A DNA stretch of 64,000 nt, from assembly GCF_022539665.2 (NCBI RefSeq), contig NC_081334.1:310001-374000 (forward strand), in the 5' to 3' direction. Source of the DNA: Daphnia carinata (Eukaryota). Positions 47,161-59,944 of this stretch are shown piece by piece. Position numbers and translations under genes: made by a program. The notes below the pieces were generated by a model, which searched no databases, was not told where the DNA came from, and was given only the letters and a program-made list of their open reading frames with translations. Within the stretch, counting starts at the first letter, position 1. Every line of letters starts with the position of its first letter.

Positions 47161-49030
47161 ATATTTAACTCTATTGGTGCCGTTCCTCATTTTCCTGATT
47201 GGGCCGCTGTCAACCAACTCACTGCTCCTGAGAGAAAATTCAATATTCAAACAACAAACTGATGTGGCGTTCAGTGAATCATCATGGACCATCGTAACAG
47301 ACCTTGACTTGGGAGTAGCTGATACGGCAACAGCATACTTAAAGCAGAAAATAACCCAGCAACAAGCAGTGGCAGAGAAGTGGAAGAATACAGGTTCACG
47401 ACCACAACGGATAGCAGCCAGAAGAATCGCTAGCAGAACAGAAACAATCCTAAGGGGAATGGAAAATGTAGCAGACAGATTGACAAACATCAGAAAGGCC
47501 TTGAATACTAACCAAAAAAGTCGTCGAAGTCTCGTCGACGGTGGAGGATCAATCCTGAAATGGCTGTTTGGAGTTTCAACACAAAAAGATTTAGAAGAAT
47601 TAAATAATCAAGTACAACTTGTTGCTCGAGATCAGAGAGAAGTAATTCACATCATCGATAAGCAAGCAACAATAGTAAATGAATCACTTTGGGAGTCCAG
47701 AACAAACGCAAAACTCATCAGAGAGCTGCGAGGCCAATACTCCATGTTAAGCAATGTGACTACAAACCTCATGGACAGAATGGTGAAGATAGAAGAGCTA
47801 GAACTAAATCACTTCGAGTATTACATCCAACTGGATGAAACATTTGAAGCGATGAACCAGATCTTGCAGTGGCTACAACATTTGGCCGATAGTCTCGACG
47901 TCGGTTTCAGTCAATTGGCCAACGGACATTTGGCACCACAAATTGTTTCCCCAGCAAGATTCAACAAAGTTATTAAAATAATAAACGAGAAATTACCAAG
48001 GGGATGGTCTATCTCCAGTGATGAGCTTTGGGTCGCCTATCGAGAATCAACGGTCACCGTGGCGGCTATGGAAAACTCGTTTCGCCTCTTCATAAATGTT
48101 CCCATCTTCGATCACAGCCCGCAGTTCAAGCTTTTCGAAATAATCAACCTTCCAGCAGCTACTGACAACGGAACGCATGGTGTCTTGTTTGGAAATCTCC
48201 CAGCAAACCTTGCTGTATCTGCCGACCTCGAAACGTATCTGGAACTATCCAAAGAAGATGTAAAGGATTGCACTAAGATAGGACGACCACTGTGTAAATT
48301 CCATACCGGCATCAGCAAGAGAACAGCCCGAAAGTCTTGTGCAATAGCTGTCTTTTTAAACGATTCGGCCCGAATCAACACACAATGCAAAAGGAAGTTC
48401 ACAGACTGGCGCGGGCCCGAAGTAGTCTACATGGGATCCAATCAGTGGGTCTATTCAGCAACAAAGAAGCACGAGATTGTGTTCTCATGTCCAGCAGGAG
48501 GAGAGCAGCCACCTTTGAGAACAACAACGTTACCAGCTGTAGGAATGTTTGAAGTACCTCTGGGATGCACCGCTCGAACCGAAGAATGGGTATTTCCAGC
48601 CAGCATGGAAGGAAGCGTAACAGCGCCAAAACTACAAGCAATTGTGCTTCCAACAGTGAAAATCTTTGCACAAGATGTCCAAGAAGCCGAAGGAAAAAAG
48701 CACAATTTCGTCGAGCTTCAACGAGAAAACACTACATCTGTAGACATAATCAGTCAGCTGCTCCATCGCAACGCACAAGCAACGTTGCCATCTGAAATGA
48801 CTGGAGAGCAAATTCATAATTTAATTATGGAAAAACAAAAACAAAAAGAATTTTACCTTACTCGTTATCCTTACGAGTTAGTGGCTTTCAATATTATCTT
48901 GATGTGCGGAATAGTGTTCCTAGTGCTTAAATTCTACATGTTGCATAAGCGTCTCATTGCTCATGAGCAATGTGAGAACGCTCAACCCGGAGACCCCGGG
49001 AGGGATGAAGTGGAGACTGAGAATCTCTAA
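47161..49030 (+). CDS. env: Baculovirus-F/errantivirus-like env, in frame with integrase
   Basis: Hydrophobic YLTLLVPFLIFLIG, furin-like KSRR followed by fusion-peptide-like SLVDGGGSILKWLFGVS, heptad repeats, Cys-rich region and C-terminal TM. Confidence 0.88.
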
Positions 49031-49119
49031 AAGAAAATTGTTAGTGATAAAAAAGAAAAAACAACTGCTGTTTGAAAAGTGAAAAAAGTGTATTATTTTG
49101 AAAGCAAGAAAATCTACAA

Positions 49120-49650
49120 TCATTCTTCACGATTATTGTTTAAATCTAAAAAGTCGTCGTCGTGTTCCTCAAACGCAGCGTCCAAAACAGCAAGCCAAAC
49201 GAGCCGAGCTTCTACCCGTGCTTGTGCTTCAGCTTGGGTGATCTCCCGGTAGAAGTCCGAACGGCGAGGAGTGGTGTGGTAAATGTCCTGATTGGACTCA
49301 AACCACCAAAGGAGACGCGCGTGGAGATGACAAAAGTAATCCCGGTATTTCGCATACCCAGGATACGTGCTAAAAAGAGGAGAGAAACGTTAGCATGAAC
49401 GAACAAACCAATCAAAGAAGAATACTTACCTGTAGTAATAGTCATTTATCCACGGGGCGTCAACGATTAAAGGAGAGCCCAAAAGGACATTGTCTTCAAA
49501 CACTTTAGTGAAGATGTCCCGAAACTCCGCACGGTCATACAGATTTAGCCGAACGAAAGGGCTCCTAAAACTGGAAAACCTATCCGCGAAACACACGAGA
49601 GCACATGCATAAGCGGGAAGATTGGCAAGAACCGAATCGAGCGTGAACAT
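49120..49650 (-). CDS. Antisense two-exon accessory gene of element 3 (156 aa, unknown function)
   Basis: Exon 1 49650-49430, 60-nt intron GTAAGT...CTAAC...TTTTTAG (49429-49370), exon 2 49369-49120; the spliced frame is open. CAAAAATG start, Inr TCAGTT and TATA-like CATAAGAA upstream. Confidence 0.8.
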
Positions 49651-49834
49651 TTTTGGGCTGAGGTGAACAACGAACTGAAGACGGAAGATAGCAGTTGAAT
49701 TTCTTATGCATCTTAACGTCGTAGTTTACCTTTTTTCACACCTAGGTGTGAATTGCTAATTATAGTCGTCTTTATTACGTTTGTATTGCCTCCGTAGTCC
49801 TAGAAAATTCCTTTTCGATAGAAGCACATTTCAT

Positions 49835-50046
49835 TGTATGCTTGACTTCTATTATAGTTGTTCCTCTACCTCGCTAGAGCGACCGCGCTTTATCGTATGC
49901 TTGACTTCTACTATAGCTGTCCCTTCACCTCTGTAAAGCAACCACGCGCTTTTGTACGATTGACTTTTACTGTAGTTGTCCCTTCACCGTACTAAAATCG
50001 ACCTCGCTCTATCGTATGCTTTTTCATTACTATAGTTACTCACTCT
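49835..50046. repeat. ~59-bp tandem repeat, ~3.5 diverged copies
   Basis: GTATGCTTGACTTCTA(C/T)TATAG(T/C)TGT(T/C)CC... recurs at ~49836, 49895, 49953 and 50014. Confidence 0.8.
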
Positions 50047-50167
50047 CTATTAGCCTTAGGGTTATTTTGAAATTTACAGGTATCTTTCCCCATTATTTGT
50101 TTATGCTCTTGATTTCCTTTTTTGATTGTTAGTACAGTCGGGTCGCCTGTCTTGAAGAAGGGGGACC

Positions 50168-50555
50168 TGTCGCGAGGGGAAAATCGCGTTGTGGTTGCCA
50201 TTTCTGGAAAGGGGCGTCAGCCAACGTTTAATTGTTTACAATACAGCTTCCCTTGAAAAAAGACGCTGCGACACGCCGATAATTAGCAAAAAGTGGCATT
50301 CCCTAGAATTCGTTTAACCCTAGAAATGGGGCGTATATCCTTCACGAGGGTATAAAAGCCCACACATTTTTTACCCTAAGTTAGTTCTTCTCAGTTCTGT
50401 AGTTCTTAAGTCCTACTCAAGTTCTCAAGCGAGTTCTCTTTACGTTCCTGTATTTCAGTTAAGTAAAGTGTAGTTATTCTTCCTTTCTGTTATGCATTGT
50501 ATTTTCCCCTTTTAGTTCAATACAATTCATTAACGAAGTAAAGTCCAGTGTGACA
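50168..50555 (+). repeat. 3' LTR of element 3
   Basis: TGT...ACA; 50256-50555 matches 37890-38189 with ~5 substitutions; TATAAAA box inside. Confidence 0.93.
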
Positions 50556-53555
50556 ATATTTTCCATCTCTGTTTCGCTTAATGATGCAGACGAGGACCAA
50601 GACCAAGAGCAACAATGCAAGGGCCAGCATCATGCCGATAAACCATACGGTAGAGGCGACGGCGGATGATCCTTGGATATAAGGTCCATCTGAACATTTG
50701 GAAATAAATTGACATTAAAGACAAATGTTTATGTAAATTTTGTCTCAACTTTCTGGCAACTCACCGGCGTACATCTCGACTTCTTCGGGGTCGTTTTCGG
50801 TAAAGTAATCGCAATCAACGACGACGGCGCCAATTTCGTACAGTTGATTGGGTTCCAGGTCGCGTAAAATGAGGAAATTTTCGTCAAACTCATCTTCGCT
50901 TTTAATGTAGATAGTCTTGCCCTTGCGTCTGAACTGGACAAAAAAGTGAGATCCCGGTTGGCCATCGACTTTCGTATGCCAGACGACTTTGATGGCCGGC
51001 ATACCGTTGTCCAATGTAACCTGGTTCCATGTGAATTGAGGCTGATCGGGTGGATTGCCATTGCGAGTGCTCCTTTCAATGTAATAACTCTTAAAGCGCA
51101 AAAAAAGCAGTAGAACATTAGCCAACTCCATTTTCTCTTAAAAAATAGTTTTTCAAAAAATGAACTTACTCGTTACCCTCGCTAGCGATCGTCATTGCTT
51201 TCATGTGGAGGCGGTATATCGTGTTGGGTTCGAGATCTGCCAGTTTAGCCCGCGTCTGCAGTCGGGTCTCGGATTGGCGGTTCCCTTTTGATCTGGGGTC
51301 CAATTTTCGTGCCTTCTACTTTCTCGTAGAAAATCTCTAGAAAGCAGAGGAACCAAGAGGAGCAGCTTCAAAATAGTCCACTGGTCCAGGCCCTAGAACA
51401 CATGAATTTTTTTTGTTTACATTCGTATTAGAATCGTATTAGAATCGTATTAGTATTCGCATTAGAAAAAAAAAGCTTGTTAGTATTTCTTAAAAAATGA
51501 CCCTTAGGGAGCGATTAGTTTTTACCTTGCACAGAGTCCGTGTTGTATGGATTCCACGAAAGGATGGCGCTTCATTCGTCAATAATTTGGTTCAACGTGA
51601 AATTGGACGGTGCCTCTAACGGCCGTCTTCTCCAGAGTACCCGTAACTTCTTGAACTGCCACGTTGGCCTCACCAACCTAATTGAACGCCACTACTGGAA
51701 ATACAAAAGAGAGACAAAGAGTTTGAACGACATCCAATTTTTCAATGAATAAGTAAATGAATTTTACCTTTGATACGATAGCGTTTGAAAGTGGGTTGAT
51801 TCGGTATGAGGATGGATGACTGTCTCCAGCCGGAAATCATTTCGATGTTTCAGTCTTCTCCAGGTATGTCTCGTCGCCAGAAAACGCGATAGTGAAAGTT
51901 GCTTCTGTTGTGTTCGATCTCGGGCACCGGGTTCCACGTGACAACCAAATTAGTGGGCTAAGTGCCACGGCCCTCTACATTCGGGATTCTTATTCGGCAC
52001 GTCTGGAGGCGTCGTGCACATGGACGAGTGATCCGATGGAAGCGAAGGGCCGATCTTGTTGCGCGCAATCACGCGGAATGTGTAATTAGACCAAGGGCTC
52101 ATCTCGACTTTGAACCGCGTTTCCGTGGCCGGCACGTTCTCGAAAGACACCTCCCAGCTGTCGGGTGTGAAGCTCGTGTTGAATTGGATCGTGTAGGTCA
52201 AGATTGGAGCTCGATTGTCGCCCGAAGGAGTCCATTCTATAGCTGCGTCGCGGTTATTGCACTGGATGCCAACCATTCTGGGCCGGTTGGGAACATCTGT
52301 CGAAGCAAAATTGCGCATCGTGATGAGCATTAAAAAAACCGCATCGAGGGCAAAGCGAAACTGGAAAAATTATTACCTTGAACTTGATGAGAGTGGCCTT
52401 GGCCTCTGCCATGTCCAGGATGGTTTTTACACGGCATGTGTAGTCGCCCGTGTCCAACTCTGTCGTCTTCATGATGATCAGCGACGAGTTCTGCAACTGG
52501 ACGAAGCGTGGCTCTTGCTCAAAATTGATCAACTGGTCCGCGTGGAGCCACTCGATCGTCATGTTCAGCGACGAGTCGGCTACGCGTTACATCGGAAAGT
52601 GGCCGTCTGCCCGGCAGCCACTTCATAGTCTTCGGGTCCGTCTCTGATGACGGTGCGCTCTTAATAAATAAATGCCGAGAACTTTAGACGTAAGGTTTTT
52701 CGTTTCCCCTCACTGGAAGAAAATCATGAAATGGGCAGCTAATTAACCTTTCACGATCAGAGTTCCATTGGCATTGGCTGATCCGAATGTGTTGGTTCCG
52801 TGACACGAATATACACCAGCGTCTGTAAAGGTCATATCCCTAAAGATGTCTCTACAGCGTCTGTAAAGTCACATCCCCAGAAAAGAATATGAAAAATAAA
52901 TTCTATTAATAAAGTATACGATGCAGAGTGAGAAAAGCGTGCAGATTAATACGCAACACGCCCGAAATATTGGACCATCTTTTAAACAATAGCCCAGCTG
53001 TTTAGAGCTGAAGCGGAAAATGCGGTTGGAAAAGAAGAGGGGAAGGTGGACGTCAAAAGCAGCTGGCCTCACAATACAATTTGAATATCGTTTTCTTCCG
53101 TTCAAAAAAAGCGCCACGATAGGACGTAAGCTTATTTTGAAAAAAACAAAACAAAAAGACGGTATACCTAATTTCCAGATCACCGCTGTCCATAACGCGA
53201 TAGCGGCCGCCTGTCAATTCCAACCCGTCGCGGATCCATTTGACGAGCGGTTTGGGTGAGCCAAAGGCTTTGCACGTCAGATTGACGGCCGATCCGTCGA
53301 CGGTTGCCGTGTCGTCCGGTGAGTCTTCGATGTCGGGCGCCAATGCCAACACGTTCAAGTAGACATCCTCGTAGACGTAGCCGATTCTGTTGGTCGCGTT
53401 GCATCCGTAGTTGCCCGTGTCACCCTTATGCAGCCGCCTGATGACGATGCGATTGGGGAAAACTTTGCGGCTTGGGTGGACGGCCGTCTCTTCGATTGGT
53501 TTGCTATTGTGGATCCATTTGATTTCGGTGGCAGGCGAGCCGCCACCGCCGGCCT
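50556..53555 (-). pseudogene. Nrg: Neuroglian/L1CAM-like internal fragment (Ig, FN3, TM exons)
   Basis: DTGNYGCNATNRIGYVYEDVYLNV, GDNRAPIL..TIQFNTSFTP, MSPWSNYTFRVIARNKIGPS, WFIGMMLALALLLLVLVLVCIIKRNRDGKY. Frameshifts; cut by LTRs at both ends. Confidence 0.92.
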
Positions 53556-53976
53556 CAAGAGAAAATGAATCATTATGTAAAGCATTCTTTTAGCAATGGA
53601 AAGAATGACTTTACATTATTTAAGACAAATTGTAGTTTAGAAAATTAAACTCGGAAGGCGTTACCACAATGTCGAATATATTTGATTCTAATAGGCCAGA
53701 AGGATAATAAAAGAATACACAATTATACGATATAAATGGGAAACGGAAATATAAAAGTGGAGTTATGCGAGTTTAGTCTTACCGTCACCGCTGTGGCGAA
53801 AATAGAATAAGATGTCGAACGTTGTAAGAAAAAGAGTAGAGAAAAAAACAGGACTTGTCGGTCGCACAAGAAGCGATGAGAAGCACTCCCAATAATTATT
53901 CAACAAGAACAAATTGAACTCGCTGGATTTGAAGAATTAGAACAACACTTGTAGCACTAAGGGTGAGAACTAGAAC

Positions 53977-56900
53977 TTGGGTAGCCGGTGAAATAGGACT
54001 GAAACGAAATAGGACTGGAGAAATTAAAACTTTTAGAACAGTCCTATTTCTCCTCGGCATCAGTCCTATTCCTCCTTAGAAATAGTCCTATTTATTTTAT
54101 TTTGTTCCCATAGGAACGATATGTCTCCAATCCGGTAGGCAACATATTGCGTAAGAGCGTCAGCTTATATCCATTTCCCTTTGTAAAAAGCCGATGGTGT
54201 TAACTCATAACTTAAATGGTTCACCAAACATTTATCTTTTATCCTATTTTAATTTAAATTGCAGGGGACCATTAAATATGTTATATCTAATATAGTTCAT
54301 TTAATAAAATACTACAACGGCCACACCAGAAATATTTATTAAATTTTTCCTACTTTTTAGTGCATAAATAACTTTTCCAGTTGCACTCATGTGGTACTTG
54401 CTCATACAATTATCAGCAACGAATAACAAGCAAGTCTTACCATATCGGTAGCGCTCTAACCTGTGACACGAGTAGTCCTATGTTTGATTCTGCGTGGTTA
54501 CATTTCTTCTGAGGTTTTTAATAACATTTGCGGTTAAGTTAACTATGAATAGTAGAAGAATGTTAATGAATCTTCGCATGTATGAAAGCTAGTTCCTTAC
54601 CAGGAGCAAGAAGAACTGTTGAGATACAAGAGAATGGATGAGAGAGGAGATGGTAGATAACGGTAGATGGGCGAAAAATAAATGATTTGTAATTTAACAT
54701 TTTAACAATTTCTCAACTTCTTTACCAGGAAGAGGATTCTACCACCGAAGTGGATGGCCGAGCATGACATAGCATTACTCATCAAGTGACGTATGCCAAA
54801 GGATTAAGTTAATATTTATATTGACTTTGAAATAAAATTGATGAAGAAGATTTATGGGTGCTAAAGCCGAGGAAGTTGAAGATGGTTGCCGGTGGCGAAT
54901 AGAAAGAAGAGATTTGCAGAAGTAAAAGATCACCGGCTTTAGCAGATTAAATCTTATAGGTGCTTAAGACATAGAGGCCGAAGATTTATGCCGGCGGCGA
55001 ATCGAAAGCAAAGATTTAGGAAGGTCAGAGATCTTCGGATTAAGCAGCTTCAGACTTATGGTTGCACCACATTTAATGACTACTCCATACGACCTTGTAT
55101 CCCGGAAGCTGATGACGCTTGCCTGCGGCGAATTGAAAGAAAAGCTTTACGTAAATCCAGGTAATCTTCACTCACCGCAACAGCAAGAAGCGCTTCCTTC
55201 CTATTTGCCGAGAGGTGTAATTTCGTTTGGCTCCTCGCCTTTTTGGCAGACTATATATATGGATACAATAATACCAACAACTTTAATAGTTCGTCTTAGA
55301 CTTCGATCTAGCACTTACCATTACCATGTCTTCAGCTCGCTTTCAATGTTCGGGATGCAAATCCAGTGTTATCGGCCGGAAGCAATTCTGCGTTTGCCTA
55401 GGCTGCCATGTTCCTGTCCATCGTCTTTGTTGTGGTGTTACCTTCCATAAGGGTGTTTCGCCTTCATGGAAGGAGTTCAGCAACTTTTATCGGTGCGCCA
55501 TGTGTTCTAGTGGTAGTGCAGTCCTAGGTTCCACCGAAGATGTAGCGGATGTTGATGGTGCAGTAGCTGGGGGATCAAAAGGCGATGTAGCTGTTGTTGC
55601 TGTTGCTGGTTCTGAAGGTGGTCGTCCTAAGAGATTGCTGAAGCCAAGGAGCATTTTCGACCCTTCCGACGTAGGCAAGAAAAAGCCTCTAGTTCCAGCT
55701 TCTCCACGTCGTCCCTCATCACCACGACAACGATCAACTCCTCGCACATCTCCTCAGACTAATTCTCCGCGTCGTCCAGCAACTCCGTCTTCTCCACCCT
55801 CCCCACTTTCTCCGTTGACAATGTCACCATTGGTGAGTCTTGTTGTGTCTCCTTTTCTTTTTATGTTGTCTCCTCTTCTTAGGTCAACTCCTCCAGTTCC
55901 ACCACCACGACGAGGACGCAGGGCCCAACCTCAGCTACTAGACCAGTCGCCAGAAGCTGCAATCCCAAGGAGTTCATATGCAAGCGATGGAAGAAGAGAG
56001 GAAACATTTGCCGAACCCAGCGAATCGACAATGGAGGTATATATTTCTTCTTTATCGCAACATGTCTTAGTATTTTATTAACTAAACGTTTTTGTTAGCA
56101 ATCATCGCATGAGGAACCGACGGAGGCATCCTACAAGATTCATGACGAAGGAACGAACAAGGGACTCCATAAGCTTACTGATGGATTAGGTAATAATTCG
56201 AATATAATTGCTAATTGAATAAGACTAAAAGAGGAATTCCTTTCTTACTATAGGATTTTGCTTCAGCAAAAAAGCCATCAGTAAGAGCACATATACATGG
56301 CGCTGTACCTCCCGACCTTCTGGAAACCCATGTAAAGCGATCGTGAAACAAAAGAAAACCCCCCTTTTGGATTGTTTGCTTAATTACAATAATGCTGACT
56401 TCACCCTTGTTCCCCACGATCAAGAGAACACCCACAATCACCCACCAGACATTGGAAACCAGAAAAGGGTAAGTGTTTTTAGAAAAAAGTAATTTGAGTT
56501 TCTAAATGTGTAACTTGCAATATTTATACATAGGTTGACATCTTTAGAGAATCGAAGGAAGCCTGCGTCGATCAACAGTTTACGGACCCCAGGGAGATCT
56601 TATTTACCGAACTGAAGAAACGCAAGTCCATAGAGGGAAGACACATGCCGGATGCTGATTTGGCCACTCGTCGTTTACGGTACATTAAATAATAAATTAT
56701 ATCAATGATTATGGTTAACGATTAAACTTTATATTCCAGTTACAAGAGAGCGAAGGTTATGCCCGCTAATCCCAGGAAAGATGACCCTTTCTTTCCTGTA
56801 GTGGAGAATTTCTTCCCACCCGACTGGTATCAGGGCGCCATCTTTGCTGGAACGGCCCAAGACCGTGCCCGGCACCTTCTGTTCTTCACCCCTACCATGA

Positions 56901-59900
56901 AGCGCCAACTAGAAGACTGCAAGACATGGTTTATGGACGCAACATTCTATTTTGTTGATGAACCCATCAAACAGGTGCGTTTAATTATCTTGATAATGTA
57001 ACCAAATTTAATTTTAACCTATTTCTCTCTATATAGCTCTTCACGATCAATGGGTTCATCAAAAACGACAAGAATGAAATAAAGCAAGTACCCTTATTGT
57101 TTTGTTGCATGACCAGGAGAAGAGCAGCCGACTATAGCGCTGTTTTCGAGAAGATAAAGGTATAGATACTATCTCATTTACAAATAGTTTGTTATGTAAA
57201 AATAATAAATTTTATATTGTTATAGGATATAATCCCCCTTCCTAGAGTCCAGCGGATCGTGACCGATTTCGAACGTGCTATATTTACGGCTGTCCGCAGG
57301 CACTTTGTGGATTGCCAGCACTTTGGCTGCAATTTCCACTGGTGCCAAGCCGTTCAGAAAAAGGTCCGGGATCTTCACCTTGCCACCCTCTACAACAACA
57401 AGGGACCGAATCCAGTGCGAGACTTTGTGTTTCGCCTGCTATGTCTTGCATATCTTCCAGGTAAATAGCACACAAATGTTATATTTAATTGTCATGAATA
57501 ACATTTGTGAACTTTTTGTAGCTGGTAAAATTCCTGGTGTGTTTGACGCGTTGAAGAGCTCAGCACCTAGCGAACTTCCAGCACTCATGGATTATATGGA
57601 GCGGAATTGGATTCGGGGCAAGTTCTGGACTCCTGAGAACTGGTCATGCTTCAACATCTTAACGCGTACCAATAAGGACTGTGAAGGAATGCACCACCAA
57701 TGGAACAAGGTAATTTAAATTTGAACAATAATATGTAATGAATAATTAATAACAAAAATGTTTGTAGTTGGCAGGTAGATCTAATTTAAAATTCTACAAG
57801 ATGACAATGGTATTGCGGAAACTGGCCGAAGAAGTTTCCCTTACTAGCACGCTACTCTGCCATGAAAAAATAAGGGCTCACTGGAAGAAAGAGACCCGAC
57901 TTAAGAATTCCGTACTGTTCCAGCTTTGGGTGCGCTATCAAAATAATGAGGTATGTTTTCTAAATTTACAAGAAAAAAAATTTCCCTATAACTAATCATT
58001 GTTTTTGCAGCTATCTACAATGGATCTACTAGAAGAAATAGTTTTAGAGCTTAGATCATCTTTTCCCGCTATTGTTTCCTCACATGCCCTTAATGTTGCT
58101 ATAAATAATATTAATGATGAACTAGATATGTCTATAATTGAATAACATTTGTTTGTTTGTAACATGTATTTTATTTGACGAATGTTTACAAATTAAAATA
58201 CTTTATAAATAAACTTACATAATCTCAATTGACTTTTTTATTTTAATGTAATATGTAATGTAATACATCATGCTTGAATTATTACGATAATACTTGTTGT
58301 GCAAGCGACGACTAATGTGCCGATTGATGGTTTTGGTTCGTGGCCACAATTCCCGAGAAGATGATTGTTCTAAAAAAAATAAAATTGCAATAATTATACC
58401 AATGTACTCCATATAACTATAAATGAATTTACCTTGCATGTTTAAATCCTTCCAACCATTTACCAAACGAGTGATAAGAGAAAGCAAAAGCTTTCAATTG
58501 TCCGGAAGAATGGTTTAAGAATTCGTTGATCAGAGCTCCCTATGAAAAAAGAAAAATAAAATTAATGAAAAAGGCAAAAAAAGAACTTAAGAAATAAAAA
58601 AACATTAAACCGGCCTGAGTAAACTGTAAAAAAATTGCCACGCAAAACCTACAAAGAAGAAAAAGAAGAAAAAAAATTTAGTAAAACATAAGCAAAGTTC
58701 AGTTGAAACACAATAAAAAAAAGTAAAAGCATTAAGTGACGTGAAGTATAGTTAGGTAGCATACCCATAATTTGTAGATGTAATTAAATAACTATCGTAA
58801 ATATTTCGAATCCTAGTCGGCCTACGTCCCGACTAAGATATCTATTTAACTGAAGGTCCACTGACCTGGGTCAGACAATTGGTTTCACGACGACATTGTG
58901 AAACCAATCCCGATACCTGTGCCCATTGAGGTGACAAGTCTCAATGCCCTTACACTTAAATTAACAATGCCAGCACTCGAACCGTTGCCTATCCGTTCCG
59001 AACCTGATACAATGTGTCCGGGTACGGCCCAGCACTAGTGAAATAGAAAATGTACTTACGGTTTGCGACTCCTTAGAAACAATCCGCAGCTGGGTAGGAA
59101 CTGGGCAGGCCGCTTGACACGAACAACTGATGATTAGCACATTCACAGCACATTCACGGCACATTCGAAGCACCGTCGACAACCTACACCACGAAGATCT
59201 AAATACTGACTGGCTGAAATGCTGAAACCGCATGTGAAAATTGGGAAGTCAGAACTACCATTATTTGCCATTTCAGTAGTATTACCCTAAACACCAGTAA
59301 TTGTTTTCTCCCAAAAATTCTTTCATAGAATAATTATTAAAAACCTCATAAGAAATGTAACCACTCAGAATCGAACATAGGACTACAAGTGTCACAGGTT
59401 AGAGCGCTACCGATATGGTAAATCTTGCTTGTTATTCGTTGCTGATAATTGTATGAGCAAGTACAACATGTGTGCAACTGGAAAAGTTATTTATGCACTA
59501 AAGTAAGAAAAATTTAATAAATATTTCTGGTGTGGCCGTTGTAGTATTTTATTAAATGAACTATATTAGATATAACATATTTAATGGTCCCCTGCAATTT
59601 AAATTAAAATAGGATAAAAGATAAATGTTTGGTGAACCATTTAAGTTATGAGTTAACACCATCGGCTTTTTACAAAGGGAAATGGATATAAGCCGACGCT
59701 CTTACGCAATATGTTGCCTACCGGATTGGAGGCATGTCGTTCCTACGGGAACAAAATAAAATAAATAGGACTATTTCTAAGGAGAAATAGGACTGATGCC
59801 GAGGAGAAATAGGACTGGCCTAAAAGTTTTAAAAAGGCAGTCCTATTTCTCCCAGTCCTTTTTCTCCGGTAGAAATAGGGCTGGAATTTTTCAGTCCTAT

Positions 59901-59944
59901 TTCTCCAGTCCTATTTCGTTTCAGTCCTGTTTCACCGCCAATCG
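53977..59944 (+). mobile_element. Mutator (MULE) DNA transposon with ~550-600-bp TIRs
   Basis: Inverted repeats ~53980-54525 and ~59335-59943 with AAATAGGACT repeats; candidate TSD GAACTAGAAC in a repetitive flank (ends +/-3 bp). Confidence 0.9.
55326..58140 (+). CDS. Multi-exon PHD-FLYWCH-MULE transposase (integrity uncertain)
   Basis: N-terminal C4HC3-like finger; YTWRC FLYWCH-like segment; WFMDATF, VTDFERA, GCNFHWCQA and WSCF...RTNKDCEGMH. Confidence 0.8.

Larger units (their letters stand above)
37890..50555 (+). mobile_element. env-bearing Ty3/Gypsy element (element 3), pseudogenised
   Basis: Truncated 5' LTR 37890-38189; 3' LTR 50168-50555; tRNA-Ala-type PBS TGGTGGAGATGC at 38192; PPT GAAGAAGGGGG before 50168. 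TSD not checkable. Confidence 0.95.

Noticed and set aside
52817..52878. Short duplication CAGCGTCTGTAAAG at a neuroglian exon boundary
   Set aside because: A small local duplication in a pseudogene; no evidence of function.
54860..55150. Three degenerate ~100-130-bp repeats (GCC.G.GGCGAAT.GAAAG) in the MULE
   Set aside because: Too diverged to delimit or interpret; probably subterminal/promoter repeats.
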